Shown piece by piece: positions 41,964 to 49,972 of a stretch of DNA of 64,000 nucleotides; within the stretch, counting starts at the first letter, position 1, and every line of letters starts with the position of its first letter. This stretch comes from an uncultured cyanobacterium (GTDB lineage: Bacteria > Cyanobacteriota > Cyanobacteriia > Leptolyngbyales > Leptolyngbyaceae), in the NCBI GenBank assembly GCA_963766075.1, contig CAVYAN010000049.1, forward strand, positions 13,598 to 77,597, in the 5' to 3' direction. Under the pieces are notes generated by a model that was given only the letters and a program-made list of their open reading frames with translations, was not told the origin of the DNA and ran no database searches. A program made the translations under genes and the position numbers.

Positions 41964-43961
41964 ATGCTAAAAATTACCCAGGGTCCCCCCGCGTCCATTG
42001 CCTTAAATCAACAGTTTTCCATTCGAGGCATTGCCTCCCAGGAGTACGCAGGGCTGAATTTGACCCTGGTCGTGGATAATCAATTCCGGACGGCAGGCCC
42101 GCTGGTGGACTTGGATGGAACTTGGGAAGTGCGGTTTGTCTTCCGGCAACCGGGAAATCGCCAACTGCGCGTGACGATCGCCAACGAGAGCCTTGATGTC
42201 ACAATCCCCGTTGTCGCCGCCGCCCCCACGCCGACCCCCACTCCTACGCCAACCCCACCGCCCACACCGACCCCGCCGCCCACGCCAACCCCGCCGCCCA
42301 CGCCGACTCCGCCGCCCACGCCACAACTGCCGCGCATTCGCATCGATACCATTCCCCCTGTCATTCAGGCCGGACAAGCCTTTACCCTGCTGGGCAGCGC
42401 CGACAACTACCTCAACGGTAGCCAGCTGCGGCTACTGGTGGATCAGTTTGAACTGGCCCGTCCCACAGTGCAGGGCGGCAAATGGCAGAGCAGCATCACC
42501 ATCCGCAATCCGGGCAAGCGCACTTTGGATGTATTGGGAGCCGGACAGGATCGGGCTCAAACCGTGCTCGATGTGATTGCACCCGTGCCGGTAATCCGGC
42601 GGCTGACGTTCACTAACCCGCCCGCCCGCATTACCGCAGGGCAGACTGTCACCTTAACAGGAGAGGCGATCGGCTATAACGATGGTGAGACTTTGGTTTT
42701 GAATGTGGACCGCTTTGAACTGGGGCGTCCTCAGGTGCAGGGCAGTAAGTGGCAGGTGGCCCTGACTATTCGCAGTGCGGGTAGGCGCACGATCGAACTT
42801 TTGGGAGCGGGGCAGGATCGGATTCAAGTCGCCATAGAAGTGGTAGCGGCTCCTCCCCCGCCCACCCCCCGCACCCTCAGCTTCACCACGCTCCCCGCCC
42901 AGTTGGTAGTTGGCCAAACCGTTACCCTGGCGGGAATTGCCACGGGATATAAGGATGGGGTGATCCTGTCGTTGCAGGTGGATGGAGTGGAAGTGGCCCG
43001 TCCATCGGTGGCCGCAGGCAAATGGCAGGGGGGGGTAGTGCTACAGACGGCGGGGAAGCGGGCGATCGCCCTAGTCGGTACCCCGCCCGATCGCGCCGAG
43101 ACGGTGATTGAAGCCCTCGCCGCTGTGCGCCCAGCCCGTGTCCGGTTCACCACCGTGCCCCAGAAGGTCGAATCCGAAGCCAGCTTTATCGTTGCCGGAC
43201 AGGCCGAGCTTTACAACAACGGCGACCAATTGACTCTGATGGTGGACAAATGGGCCGTAGCCCACCCCGTCGTACAGAACGGATTATGGCAAGCGACGAT
43301 CACTATCCGCAATCCGGGCCGTCGTACGTTGGAAATTTTAGGTTCGGAACAGGATCGGGCCCAACTCCCAATTGAAGTGACGGGGGCAGACCTGCAGATC
43401 ATCTCGCGCTCGATCTGGAGCAGCTCTCCCACTCCCGCTAGCCTGCCCGAACTGAAGCCTCTGCGAATTACGTTACACCACACCGCTATCAGTCCAACGC
43501 TGCCCACCACCGCCAATTCAGCGGATGAACTGGCCCGGATGCGGAACATTTTTCAGATTCATACGCAGTCCAATGGCTGGAGTGATATCGGCTATCACTT
43601 CATTATTATGCCCAGCGGCAGAATCTATGAAGCACGGGCAGAGAATAAACGCGGGGCCCATGATGTTATTAATGATGGACTGGGCGTTGCGTTTGATGGC
43701 GATTTTGGCAAAGCCAATGTCTCCACCCAGCAGTTTCAAGCGGCAGTCCAGCTCTGTGCAAAGCTCTGTCAGCGCTATAACATCGATGATCCGACAACGC
43801 TGGTCCCGACACCAACTGACGGCTTTGGCACTCGCGATTTACCCCGTATTCTGGGCCATCGCGATCGCGTTGCTACGGAATGCCCTGGCTCGCCCGAGGG
43901 CAAAACCGTCCGCTTAAGTGAGATTCGGCAGACGGTAAAAACCGAGTTATCGCGCCCCTAG
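41964..43961 (+). CDS. N-acetylmuramoyl-L-alanine amidase (Amidase_2/PGRP domain) preceded by five ~90-aa beta-rich repeats and a Pro-Thr linker
   Basis: The C-terminus has ITLHHTA, GWSDIGYHFII and LGHRD...ECPG. Repeats share the pattern GQxxTLxGxAxxYxxGxxLxLxVDxFELxRPxVQGxKWQxxxTIRxxGxRTxxxLGAGQDR. The PT linker PTPTPTPTPPPTPTPPPTPTPPPTPTPPPTP is encoded at ~42226-42330. Confidence 0.85.
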   Translation: MLKITQGPPASIALNQQFSIRGIASQEYAGLNLTLVVDNQFRTAGPLVDLDGTWEVRFVFRQPGNRQLRVTIANESLDVTIPVVAAAPTPTPTPTPTPPPTPTPPPTPTPPPTPTPPPTPQLPRIRIDTIPPVIQAGQAFTLLGSADNYLNGSQLRLLVDQFELARPTVQGGKWQSSITIRNPGKRTLDVLGAGQDRAQTVLDVIAPVPVIRRLTFTNPPARITAGQTVTLTGEAIGYNDGETLVLNVDRFELGRPQVQGSKWQVALTIRSAGRRTIELLGAGQDRIQVAIEVVAAPPPPTPRTLSFTTLPAQLVVGQTVTLAGIATGYKDGVILSLQVDGVEVARPSVAAGKWQGGVVLQTAGKRAIALVGTPPDRAETVIEALAAVRPARVRFTTVPQKVESEASFIVAGQAELYNNGDQLTLMVDKWAVAHPVVQNGLWQATITIRNPGRRTLEILGSEQDRAQLPIEVTGADLQIISRSIWSSSPTPASLPELKPLRITLHHTAISPTLPTTANSADELARMRNIFQIHTQSNGWSDIGYHFIIMPSGRIYEARAENKRGAHDVINDGLGVAFDGDFGKANVSTQQFQAAVQLCAKLCQRYNIDDPTTLVPTPTDGFGTRDLPRILGHRDRVATECPGSPEGKTVRLSEIRQTVKTELSRP

Positions 43962-44063
43962 GCAATGACGGATTTTGAGAGGCCATGTTTGAGGCTATAT
44001 TTCAAGTCCAAGTAGGATGCTCGTCGAGAAGACTACGATTTCTAGGAAAAAATCTACCGTTCG

Positions 44064-44198
44064 AGATTGTGCCCTGAGCGGAGTCGAAGGGCACAATCTT
44101 TTGCTGGCTTCGGCTCCTGCTGCCCTCTGCTGGCTTCGACTTCGCTCAGCCAGCAGGGGGCAGCCAGCAGGTATATTATTTCTTGGAAGTCACCTAAG
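44064..44198. repeat. highly structured intergenic element sharing end and core motifs with the MITE-like family
   Basis: A 12-bp perfect hairpin AGATTGTGCCCT-n12-AGGGCACAATCT (44064-44099) has the loop GAGCGGAGTCGA. A second long stem lies in CTGCTGCCCTCTGCTGGCT...AGCCAGCAGGGGGCAGCCAGCAG. The element ends TATTTCTTGGAAGTCACCTAAG (compare 38111-38132). Confidence 0.6.
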
Positions 44199-44230
44199 CA
44201 GATCGAGCCAGTCGAGGAGAAATAGGCACC

Positions 44231-45295
44231 ATGCAGATTGATTTTCATCACGGTGTGACCTACACAGTGGCACGCCTAGCGGGTTTCCCCCATTACGAAG
44301 CGAGTATTATTGCCCACTGCGCCCAATATGTGGACGATGCGACAAATTCTGGGCTGATTCGCTTTGACAATGGCTTTTCGTTTGATCGGATTAGTTCAGC
44401 GCACAAAATGCTGGACTACCGGAACTTTCAGGAATTAGCGAATCATCGGGTTTGGATTCCCTTCCACTTCTTGCCAGGGAATGGTGGGTTGCCGAAAGGC
44501 AAGGATCCAGGGGGAGCCTTGGTGGATCAGTTAATTTGCCGCCCGAATAGTGTTGTGGCCCAGGATATGGTGCGTCATTGCATTGCCGATCGCCACACCG
44601 TCTACGGCCTATACCGCCTGGGAATTACGATGCATGTGTATGCGGATACTTGGGCGCATCAGGGATTCGTGGGGATTAACGATCGGGTCAATGATGCCAG
44701 TGCTCTGACGGATGCGGCGGGACAACCGGATCGCAAACTGCTGGATCGCCTCGCCAGTTTCTTTATTGGTGAGGCATTGCCCTTAGGACATGGGGCGGTT
44801 TTGAGCCATCCGGACAAGCCGTTTTTACGCTGGGGCTACACCAATGGGCGCGGTGAGAAGATTTGGCGCGACAATCCTCAGGATTTTCTGGCGGCGGCGG
44901 ACCATCTGTGCCAAGCCATGCAGCGCTATCGGATGGGGGATGCGGCGGCATCGGTACCGGGACTGCCCGCGCCCGATCGGGACTTGATTGGCCAGATGCT
45001 GCGGACCATTGCTGCGCCCCAGGGCGCGGAGCGGCATCGGCAATGGCTGGCGGCGATCGCGGTGGGTCGATTCAGTTTTGGGCCTGCTCAGGTGACCTAT
45101 ATTGCCAAGGGGAAAGGGTCCTGGAAGCATGCGGCCCTGGGCACCGAGGCCACAGTGGATCGCGGTGATGAAGTCTATCCTTATCGCCCTGAGTTTCTCC
45201 AAAGCGATTGGAAACATTTCCACGATGCCCTACAAGCCCATCGATTTTACGTGCTGCACCAGCTATTGCCCAGCTATGGCCTGTGTGTCGCCTAA
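44231..45295 (+). CDS. conserved hypothetical protein, His/Asp-rich, possibly a metal-dependent hydrolase (PLC/P1-nuclease-like)
   Basis: 354-codon ORF with clustered potential metal ligands: FHHGVTY at the N-terminus, AQYVDDATN, HVYADTWAHQGF, LGHGAVLSHPD. The family assignment is tentative. Confidence 0.55.
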   Translation: MQIDFHHGVTYTVARLAGFPHYEASIIAHCAQYVDDATNSGLIRFDNGFSFDRISSAHKMLDYRNFQELANHRVWIPFHFLPGNGGLPKGKDPGGALVDQLICRPNSVVAQDMVRHCIADRHTVYGLYRLGITMHVYADTWAHQGFVGINDRVNDASALTDAAGQPDRKLLDRLASFFIGEALPLGHGAVLSHPDKPFLRWGYTNGRGEKIWRDNPQDFLAAADHLCQAMQRYRMGDAAASVPGLPAPDRDLIGQMLRTIAAPQGAERHRQWLAAIAVGRFSFGPAQVTYIAKGKGSWKHAALGTEATVDRGDEVYPYRPEFLQSDWKHFHDALQAHRFYVLHQLLPSYGLCVA

Positions 45296-45316
45296 ATGGC
45301 AATTAAAAATTGCCAT
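45296..45316. terminator. short perfect hairpin between convergent genes (weak terminator candidate)
   Basis: ATGGCAATT-aaa-AATTGCCAT immediately after the stop at 45295. A/T-rich flanks, but no clean U-run. Confidence 0.35.
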
Positions 45317-45442
45317 AAAATCTCGCCACGCCCTAATCTGCGTCATCTGTGGCGCAGTCTCATCAAGCGCAGCTTGTTTGTCTTGAGGGGGTGTCTTTGG
45401 GGGGATTCTAGTCCGAGTGCCGATCGCCTCTGGCTTCTGACC

Positions 45443-45799
45443 CTAGCCACACCGGGGCTCCAGCCTCTGGACATAGTTATGCCATAGCCCGGTCAGTTCC
45501 CGGGCGCGATCCATAGCATCTGCGTGTAACCGATACATGTGGCGAGGCCGCCCTCTACCAGACACCTTTTGCCAGTACGTGGTGACCATCCCCTCTGCTT
45601 CGAGAAACTTAAGCCCGCTGTAGAGCACCGTATCCGATAGGCGATAGCCGGGATACTCGGTTTCTACCCGTTGGATCAGTTCTGAGCCGTAGGAGTCCCC
45701 CTGCAACAGGACCGACATCACGTAGCAAACCGCTAGCTCTTTGTTTAGGTGGGAGTAGGGTTGGGTTTGAAAAAACTCGTAAATATCTTCAAGCTTCAT
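45443..45799 (-). CDS. PadR-family transcriptional regulator (start at MKLEDIY, 45799)
   Basis: Winged-helix pattern GDSYGSELIQRVE...SDTVLYSGLKFLEAEGMVTTYWQKV..GRPRHMYRL. The longer ORF to 45946 runs through a 14-bp tandem repeat and is unlikely to be translated. Confidence 0.82.
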   Translation of the reverse strand: MKLEDIYEFFQTQPYSHLNKELAVCYVMSVLLQGDSYGSELIQRVETEYPGYRLSDTVLYSGLKFLEAEGMVTTYWQKVSGRGRPRHMYRLHADAMDRARELTGLWHNYVQRLEPRCG

Positions 45800-45860
45800 G
45801 GCTAGAATTCTCCGGATAAAAATGATGTTGCAATGGGGCAATGTCGCTTTGGCCCCTGCC

Positions 45861-45930
45861 TCCTGATTGACCGGTCCTGATTGACTGGTCCTGATTGACT
45901 GGTCCTGATTGACTGGTCCTGATTGACTGG
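45861..45930. repeat. 14-bp tandem repeat x5 (TCCTGATTGACTGG) upstream of padR
   Basis: Units at 45861, 45875, 45889, 45903 and 45917. The first unit has one mismatch. The array lies 62-131 nt upstream of the padR ATG. Confidence 0.95.
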
Positions 45931-46097
45931 CAATATGCATGCCCACGCTCTAGTCGTTGGGCAGAGGCTAGATGCCCTCATTATGATAGGTAAAACGAAA
46001 ATCTATTATCCTCCAATCAGGTGGTTTCGGATCACATGATTGGAGGAGTTTTGCAGTATGCCCGCCGCGAAACGGATTGGCGAGGGTGGGGTGCGGG

Positions 46098-48275
46098 CTA
46101 AACGGTGCGGTCTGCTGTTGCAGTTCGGTGGGGGGCAACCGCGAGGGGCACAAGGCGAACGGCGCAGGCTTTTAGCTCGGGCTGTTTAGAGTCAGGACAG
46201 GCGGCGGGGTGGGTGAGGGCATTGGCTTCGGCCTGGTCTGCCCACAGCGATCCCCAGTGCATCGGTACGAATACGGTGCCCGGGGCAATATTTTTCGTGA
46301 TGCGGGCGGGAAAGCGGGCCAGACCCCGGCGCGATCGCACCTCGACCCAATCGCCCTCCTGGAGTTGGAGATTTCCAGCGTCACGGGGATGAATCTCAAT
46401 GAAGGGCTGGGGATACATCTTGGTGATTTTGGGAATGCGTCCGGTGCGGGTTTGGGTATGCCAATGCCCATAGAGGCGACCCGTGGTCAGCACGAAGGGA
46501 TAGTCCGGGTGGGGCGGCTCGGCTAAACCTCGGGAATGGTAAGCGCCGAACACGGCTCGACCGTCTGCGGTGTGGAAGCGGTGATCGGTGTAGAGACGGG
46601 CCTGTCCCTCTGTCCGCTGCTGGTCGAGTGGCCATTGTAAAGGTCCCTCTTGGGCCAGACGGGCGTGGCTGATACCCGACATATCGCAGGGGCGATCGCG
46701 GGTGAGTTGAACAAATTCGGCATGGACTTCGGCAGCGGTCTGAAACGGAAAAGCGTCCGCGAAGCCCAAGCGCCGCCCCACCTCAGCAAAAATGGCCCAA
46801 TCTTCGCGGGCTTCGCCAAGGGGGGCTTGAAAGGCGGGGCAAAGGGTGACACGCCTTTCAGAGTTGGTCATGGTGCCAGTTTTTTCGCTCCACTGGGTGG
46901 CGGGAAGCAGCAGGTGGGCGTAGGCGGTGGTTTCGGTGGGGTAGTAGGCTTCTTGATATATGGTGAAGGGCGATTGCCCCAGGGCAGCTTTGGTCCTTTC
47001 TAAGTCGGGGAGGCTGACTAAGGGATTGGTGGCGGCGATCCAGAAGACGCCAACTTCACCCCGTTCTAGGGCTTCGATCATTTCCCAAACCGTGAGGCCG
47101 GGTGCGGGGGCGATACGTCCGGGGGGGAGATTCCAGGCGTGTTCGACTTCGGCCCGGTGTTGCGAGTTACTGACACTCCGATAGCCGGGAAGCAAGCCGG
47201 CCAACCCACCCGCCTCTCGTCCACCCATGGCGTTGGGCTGGCCCGTGAGGGAAAAGGGTCCGGCACCGGGTTTGCCGATTTGTCCGGTCATGAGGTGCAG
47301 ATTAATCAGGGTTCGGACTTTGGCGGTGCCTTCGCTGGATTGGTTGAGACCCATGGACCAGAGGGAAAGGACGCGCGGGGCCATACTCCAATATCGGGCG
47401 GCTTGTTCGAGATCGGCGGCAAGAATACCACAGCGGGCGGCGACCACATCCGGGGGATACTGCTGGGCGATCGCCTCAAAGTCGGCAAATCCGTTGGTGT
47501 GGTCGGCAATAAAGTGCTGATCAATCTTGCCCCACTTCAGGAGCAAATGGGCGATGCCATTCATCAGGTCAATGTCCGTACCGGGGCGAATGGCCAGATG
47601 CAGATCGGCGACTTGGGCGGTCTCGGTGCAGCGCGGATCGACGACAATTAACTTAACGTGATCATGCCGTTTATGATGCTTGCGCAATCGATTAAACAGA
47701 ATGGGATGACATTCGGCGGTATTGGAACCGATGATAAAGGCACAATCGGTTAAGTCTAGGTCTTCGTAACAGCAGGGAGGCCCATCGGAGCCGAAGCTAC
47801 GGATATATCCAGATACAGCCGATGACATGCACAGCCGTGAGTTCGCGTCAAAATTGTTGGTGCCCAAGCAGCCTTTCATGAGCTTTTGGGCGGTGTAGTA
47901 ATCTTCCGTTACAAACTGCCCCGAGCCATAGAGGCAGATTCCATTGGCTCCTTGGGTATCCCGTACCGTGGTGATGCGCTGGACAATGACTGCAAAGGCT
48001 TCGTCCCAACTAATCCGGCGGAAGGGATCTTGCAGCGAGTCCCGCAGCATGGGATAAAGCAGTCGATCTTTGCCAATGGATTCAGCAATGGTGGCCCCTT
48101 TGACACAGACCATGCCTTGACTGGAGGGATGGCTTCGATCGCCCCGCACTTGGCCAAGGGCGACGGGTTCTCCTCGAGGGATATCAGGGGTTCCCGGCTG
48201 CGCGCGCGCGGGAACTACCTCCAGTCCACAACCGACACCACAGTAGGGACAGAGGGTTTTTACTGCTTCGGTCAT
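46098..48275 (-). CDS. narB: assimilatory ferredoxin-nitrate reductase NarB (molybdopterin oxidoreductase)
   Basis: N-terminal [4Fe-4S] motif CPYCGVGCG at the start of [20 protein letters not shown], Mo-bisMGD domains throughout, and its position at the end of the nir-nrt operon. The ORF-track start 48347 is probably 24 codons too long. Confidence 0.92.
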   Translation of the reverse strand: MTEAVKTLCPYCGVGCGLEVVPARAQPGTPDIPRGEPVALGQVRGDRSHPSSQGMVCVKGATIAESIGKDRLLYPMLRDSLQDPFRRISWDEAFAVIVQRITTVRDTQGANGICLYGSGQFVTEDYYTAQKLMKGCLGTNNFDANSRLCMSSAVSGYIRSFGSDGPPCCYEDLDLTDCAFIIGSNTAECHPILFNRLRKHHKRHDHVKLIVVDPRCTETAQVADLHLAIRPGTDIDLMNGIAHLLLKWGKIDQHFIADHTNGFADFEAIAQQYPPDVVAARCGILAADLEQAARYWSMAPRVLSLWSMGLNQSSEGTAKVRTLINLHLMTGQIGKPGAGPFSLTGQPNAMGGREAGGLAGLLPGYRSVSNSQHRAEVEHAWNLPPGRIAPAPGLTVWEMIEALERGEVGVFWIAATNPLVSLPDLERTKAALGQSPFTIYQEAYYPTETTAYAHLLLPATQWSEKTGTMTNSERRVTLCPAFQAPLGEAREDWAIFAEVGRRLGFADAFPFQTAAEVHAEFVQLTRDRPCDMSGISHARLAQEGPLQWPLDQQRTEGQARLYTDHRFHTADGRAVFGAYHSRGLAEPPHPDYPFVLTTGRLYGHWHTQTRTGRIPKITKMYPQPFIEIHPRDAGNLQLQEGDWVEVRSRRGLARFPARITKNIAPGTVFVPMHWGSLWADQAEANALTHPAACPDSKQPELKACAVRLVPLAVAPHRTATADRTV

Positions 48276-48386
48276 AACGCACTTCGCACCATCGTAAAAC
48301 GATTCTCTAAAAATTGGTTTCTCTAAACGTTTCCGGTTTCCGGTCAAGGACTCTAGGGGTGTATTCTAAAATTTTCTTTTGGCGAT

Positions 48387-48662
48387 TTAATCCGGTGGCG
48401 AAGATTCCTTGACACGCAGTTGAAGACAGGCGATGCGCTGCACAGGAGTACTGCTGGGAGTACTGGGATGAATTTCTAAAACCGCATTGTATCCGGCGGT
48501 GAATAGGTAGCGCTGTCGAGGAAATACGATGGCAGCAAAGGTGCCCTGGGGAATGTGACTAATCCGTAAAATTTGGGGGCGATCGCTGCTGTTGCTGTAG
48601 CAGCACAGGATGCGATCGTGACTGGATGTTGTCACCACTCTTGATGAAGTCGTTTGTGTCAT
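48387..48662 (-). CDS. DUF1830-like small cyanobacterial protein
   Basis: RILCCYSNSSDRPQILRISHIPQGTFAAIVFPRQRYLFTAGYNAVLEIH resembles the DUF1830 pattern (ILCyY.N.t...qi.RI.n......ErvvFPgqrllFea...a.LEIh). Start taken at MTQTT (48662). Confidence 0.65.
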   Translation of the reverse strand: MTQTTSSRVVTTSSHDRILCCYSNSSDRPQILRISHIPQGTFAAIVFPRQRYLFTAGYNAVLEIHPSTPSSTPVQRIACLQLRVKESSPPD

Positions 48663-49018
48663 AGCCTTACCCGCAGAGTAACGAAAGGGAAGTGACCAAG
48701 AGACGGGATGATGAGGACGTGTTTGCAGCAAAATAGGAGGCAGAATAGGGTCTTGAGATTATGGGGCGAGATTATTCGGTTGAGATTACGGGCTGGATGC
48801 GTGTATTCGCGATCGGAAATGGAGGCATCTCCAGTGACAAACCTGTGGGAAGGCAGACCCGATCAATTCAAAGCAACCAAAAGAAATTCAAACTCTGGGT
48901 AGATTTTTGAAGGAATGACTCTTTTTTGAAGGAATGACTCTAGTGATGGACCTAAACGATGGACCTAAAGGACGGGCCTAAGCAATGGGCCTAGAAGCTT
49001 TAAGCGTGAGGCTCAGCC

Positions 49019-49855
49019 CTAATCTTCGTGGTGGGCATAGCGGCTAAACAAGAAGTCTAGGGCTTGGTTCCGCAACTGATAGTAGGCCGGGTTATCCAGT
49101 AGCAGCGCGCGGTTGCGGGGACGTTCAAAGGGGACTTCCATCACTTCGCCGATTTTGGCGGCGGGACCATTGGTCATCATCACGACTTTGTCGGCCAGGA
49201 ATAGGGCTTCATCAATGTCGTGGGTGATCATCATGACGGTGACCCGATGTTCTGTCCAAATTTGCAGGAGTTCCTCTTGCAGTTCTTCTTTGGTGATAGC
49301 ATCCAGCGCCCCAAAGGGTTCATCCAGAATCAGCACCTGGGGATAGATGGACAGTGCTCGAGCGATGGAGACGCGCTGTTTCATCCCGCCGGAGAGCTGA
49401 CCGGGCTTTTTGTGAGCGGCTTCTTCTAGGCCGACCATTTTTAGGTGCGATTGCACAATTTCAACTTTCTCTTCCTTGGACTTTTCCGGATAGACGGAAT
49501 TCACCGCCAGGTAAACATTTTCAAAGGCAGTTTTCCAAGGCAGCAAGCAATAGTTTTGGAACACGACCATCCGCTCCGGTCCGGGCTTGGTCACCCGTTC
49601 GCCCGCTACATGAACCGACCCATTGGAAGGCGTATTGAAGCCGGAAATCATGTTCAGGAGCGTGGTTTTGCCACAACCGGAATGCCCGATCAGACAAATG
49701 AATTCACCCTCGTTCACCTCTAGATTCACGCCATCTAGGACCGTGTAAGGACCGTTGGGAGTGGGGTAAATCTTGGAGACGTTATCAATGGAAAGAAAAG
49801 CTGGAGAAGCAGTCACGGCAGAAGTTGTGGAGGAGGGACTAGAAAGGGTCTGCAT
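49019..49855 (-). CDS. nrtD: nitrate/nitrite ABC transporter ATP-binding protein NrtD
   Basis: Walker A GHSGCGKTTLLN, signature LSGGMKQRV, Walker B ILILDEPFGALD. A single ABC domain without the C-terminal extension. Start at MQTLSS. Confidence 0.9.
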   Translation of the reverse strand: MQTLSSPSSTTSAVTASPAFLSIDNVSKIYPTPNGPYTVLDGVNLEVNEGEFICLIGHSGCGKTTLLNMISGFNTPSNGSVHVAGERVTKPGPERMVVFQNYCLLPWKTAFENVYLAVNSVYPEKSKEEKVEIVQSHLKMVGLEEAAHKKPGQLSGGMKQRVSIARALSIYPQVLILDEPFGALDAITKEELQEELLQIWTEHRVTVMMITHDIDEALFLADKVVMMTNGPAAKIGEVMEVPFERPRNRALLLDNPAYYQLRNQALDFLFSRYAHHED

Positions 49856-49972
49856 AAATCTACCAGAAGGTGAGGATCGAAACGCGTAACCCGAATTTGG
49901 TTCTAGAGGCAATTCCTAAGACAGGGATCGGCTCCCGCTCTCGGACACGAGGCCGCGGGAGCCGATCGCGGT

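Noticed and set aside
45800-45946. N-terminal extension of padR through the 14-bp repeats
   Set aside because: A 14-bp period cannot be a coding repeat. MKLEDIY at 45799 gives a normal-length PadR.
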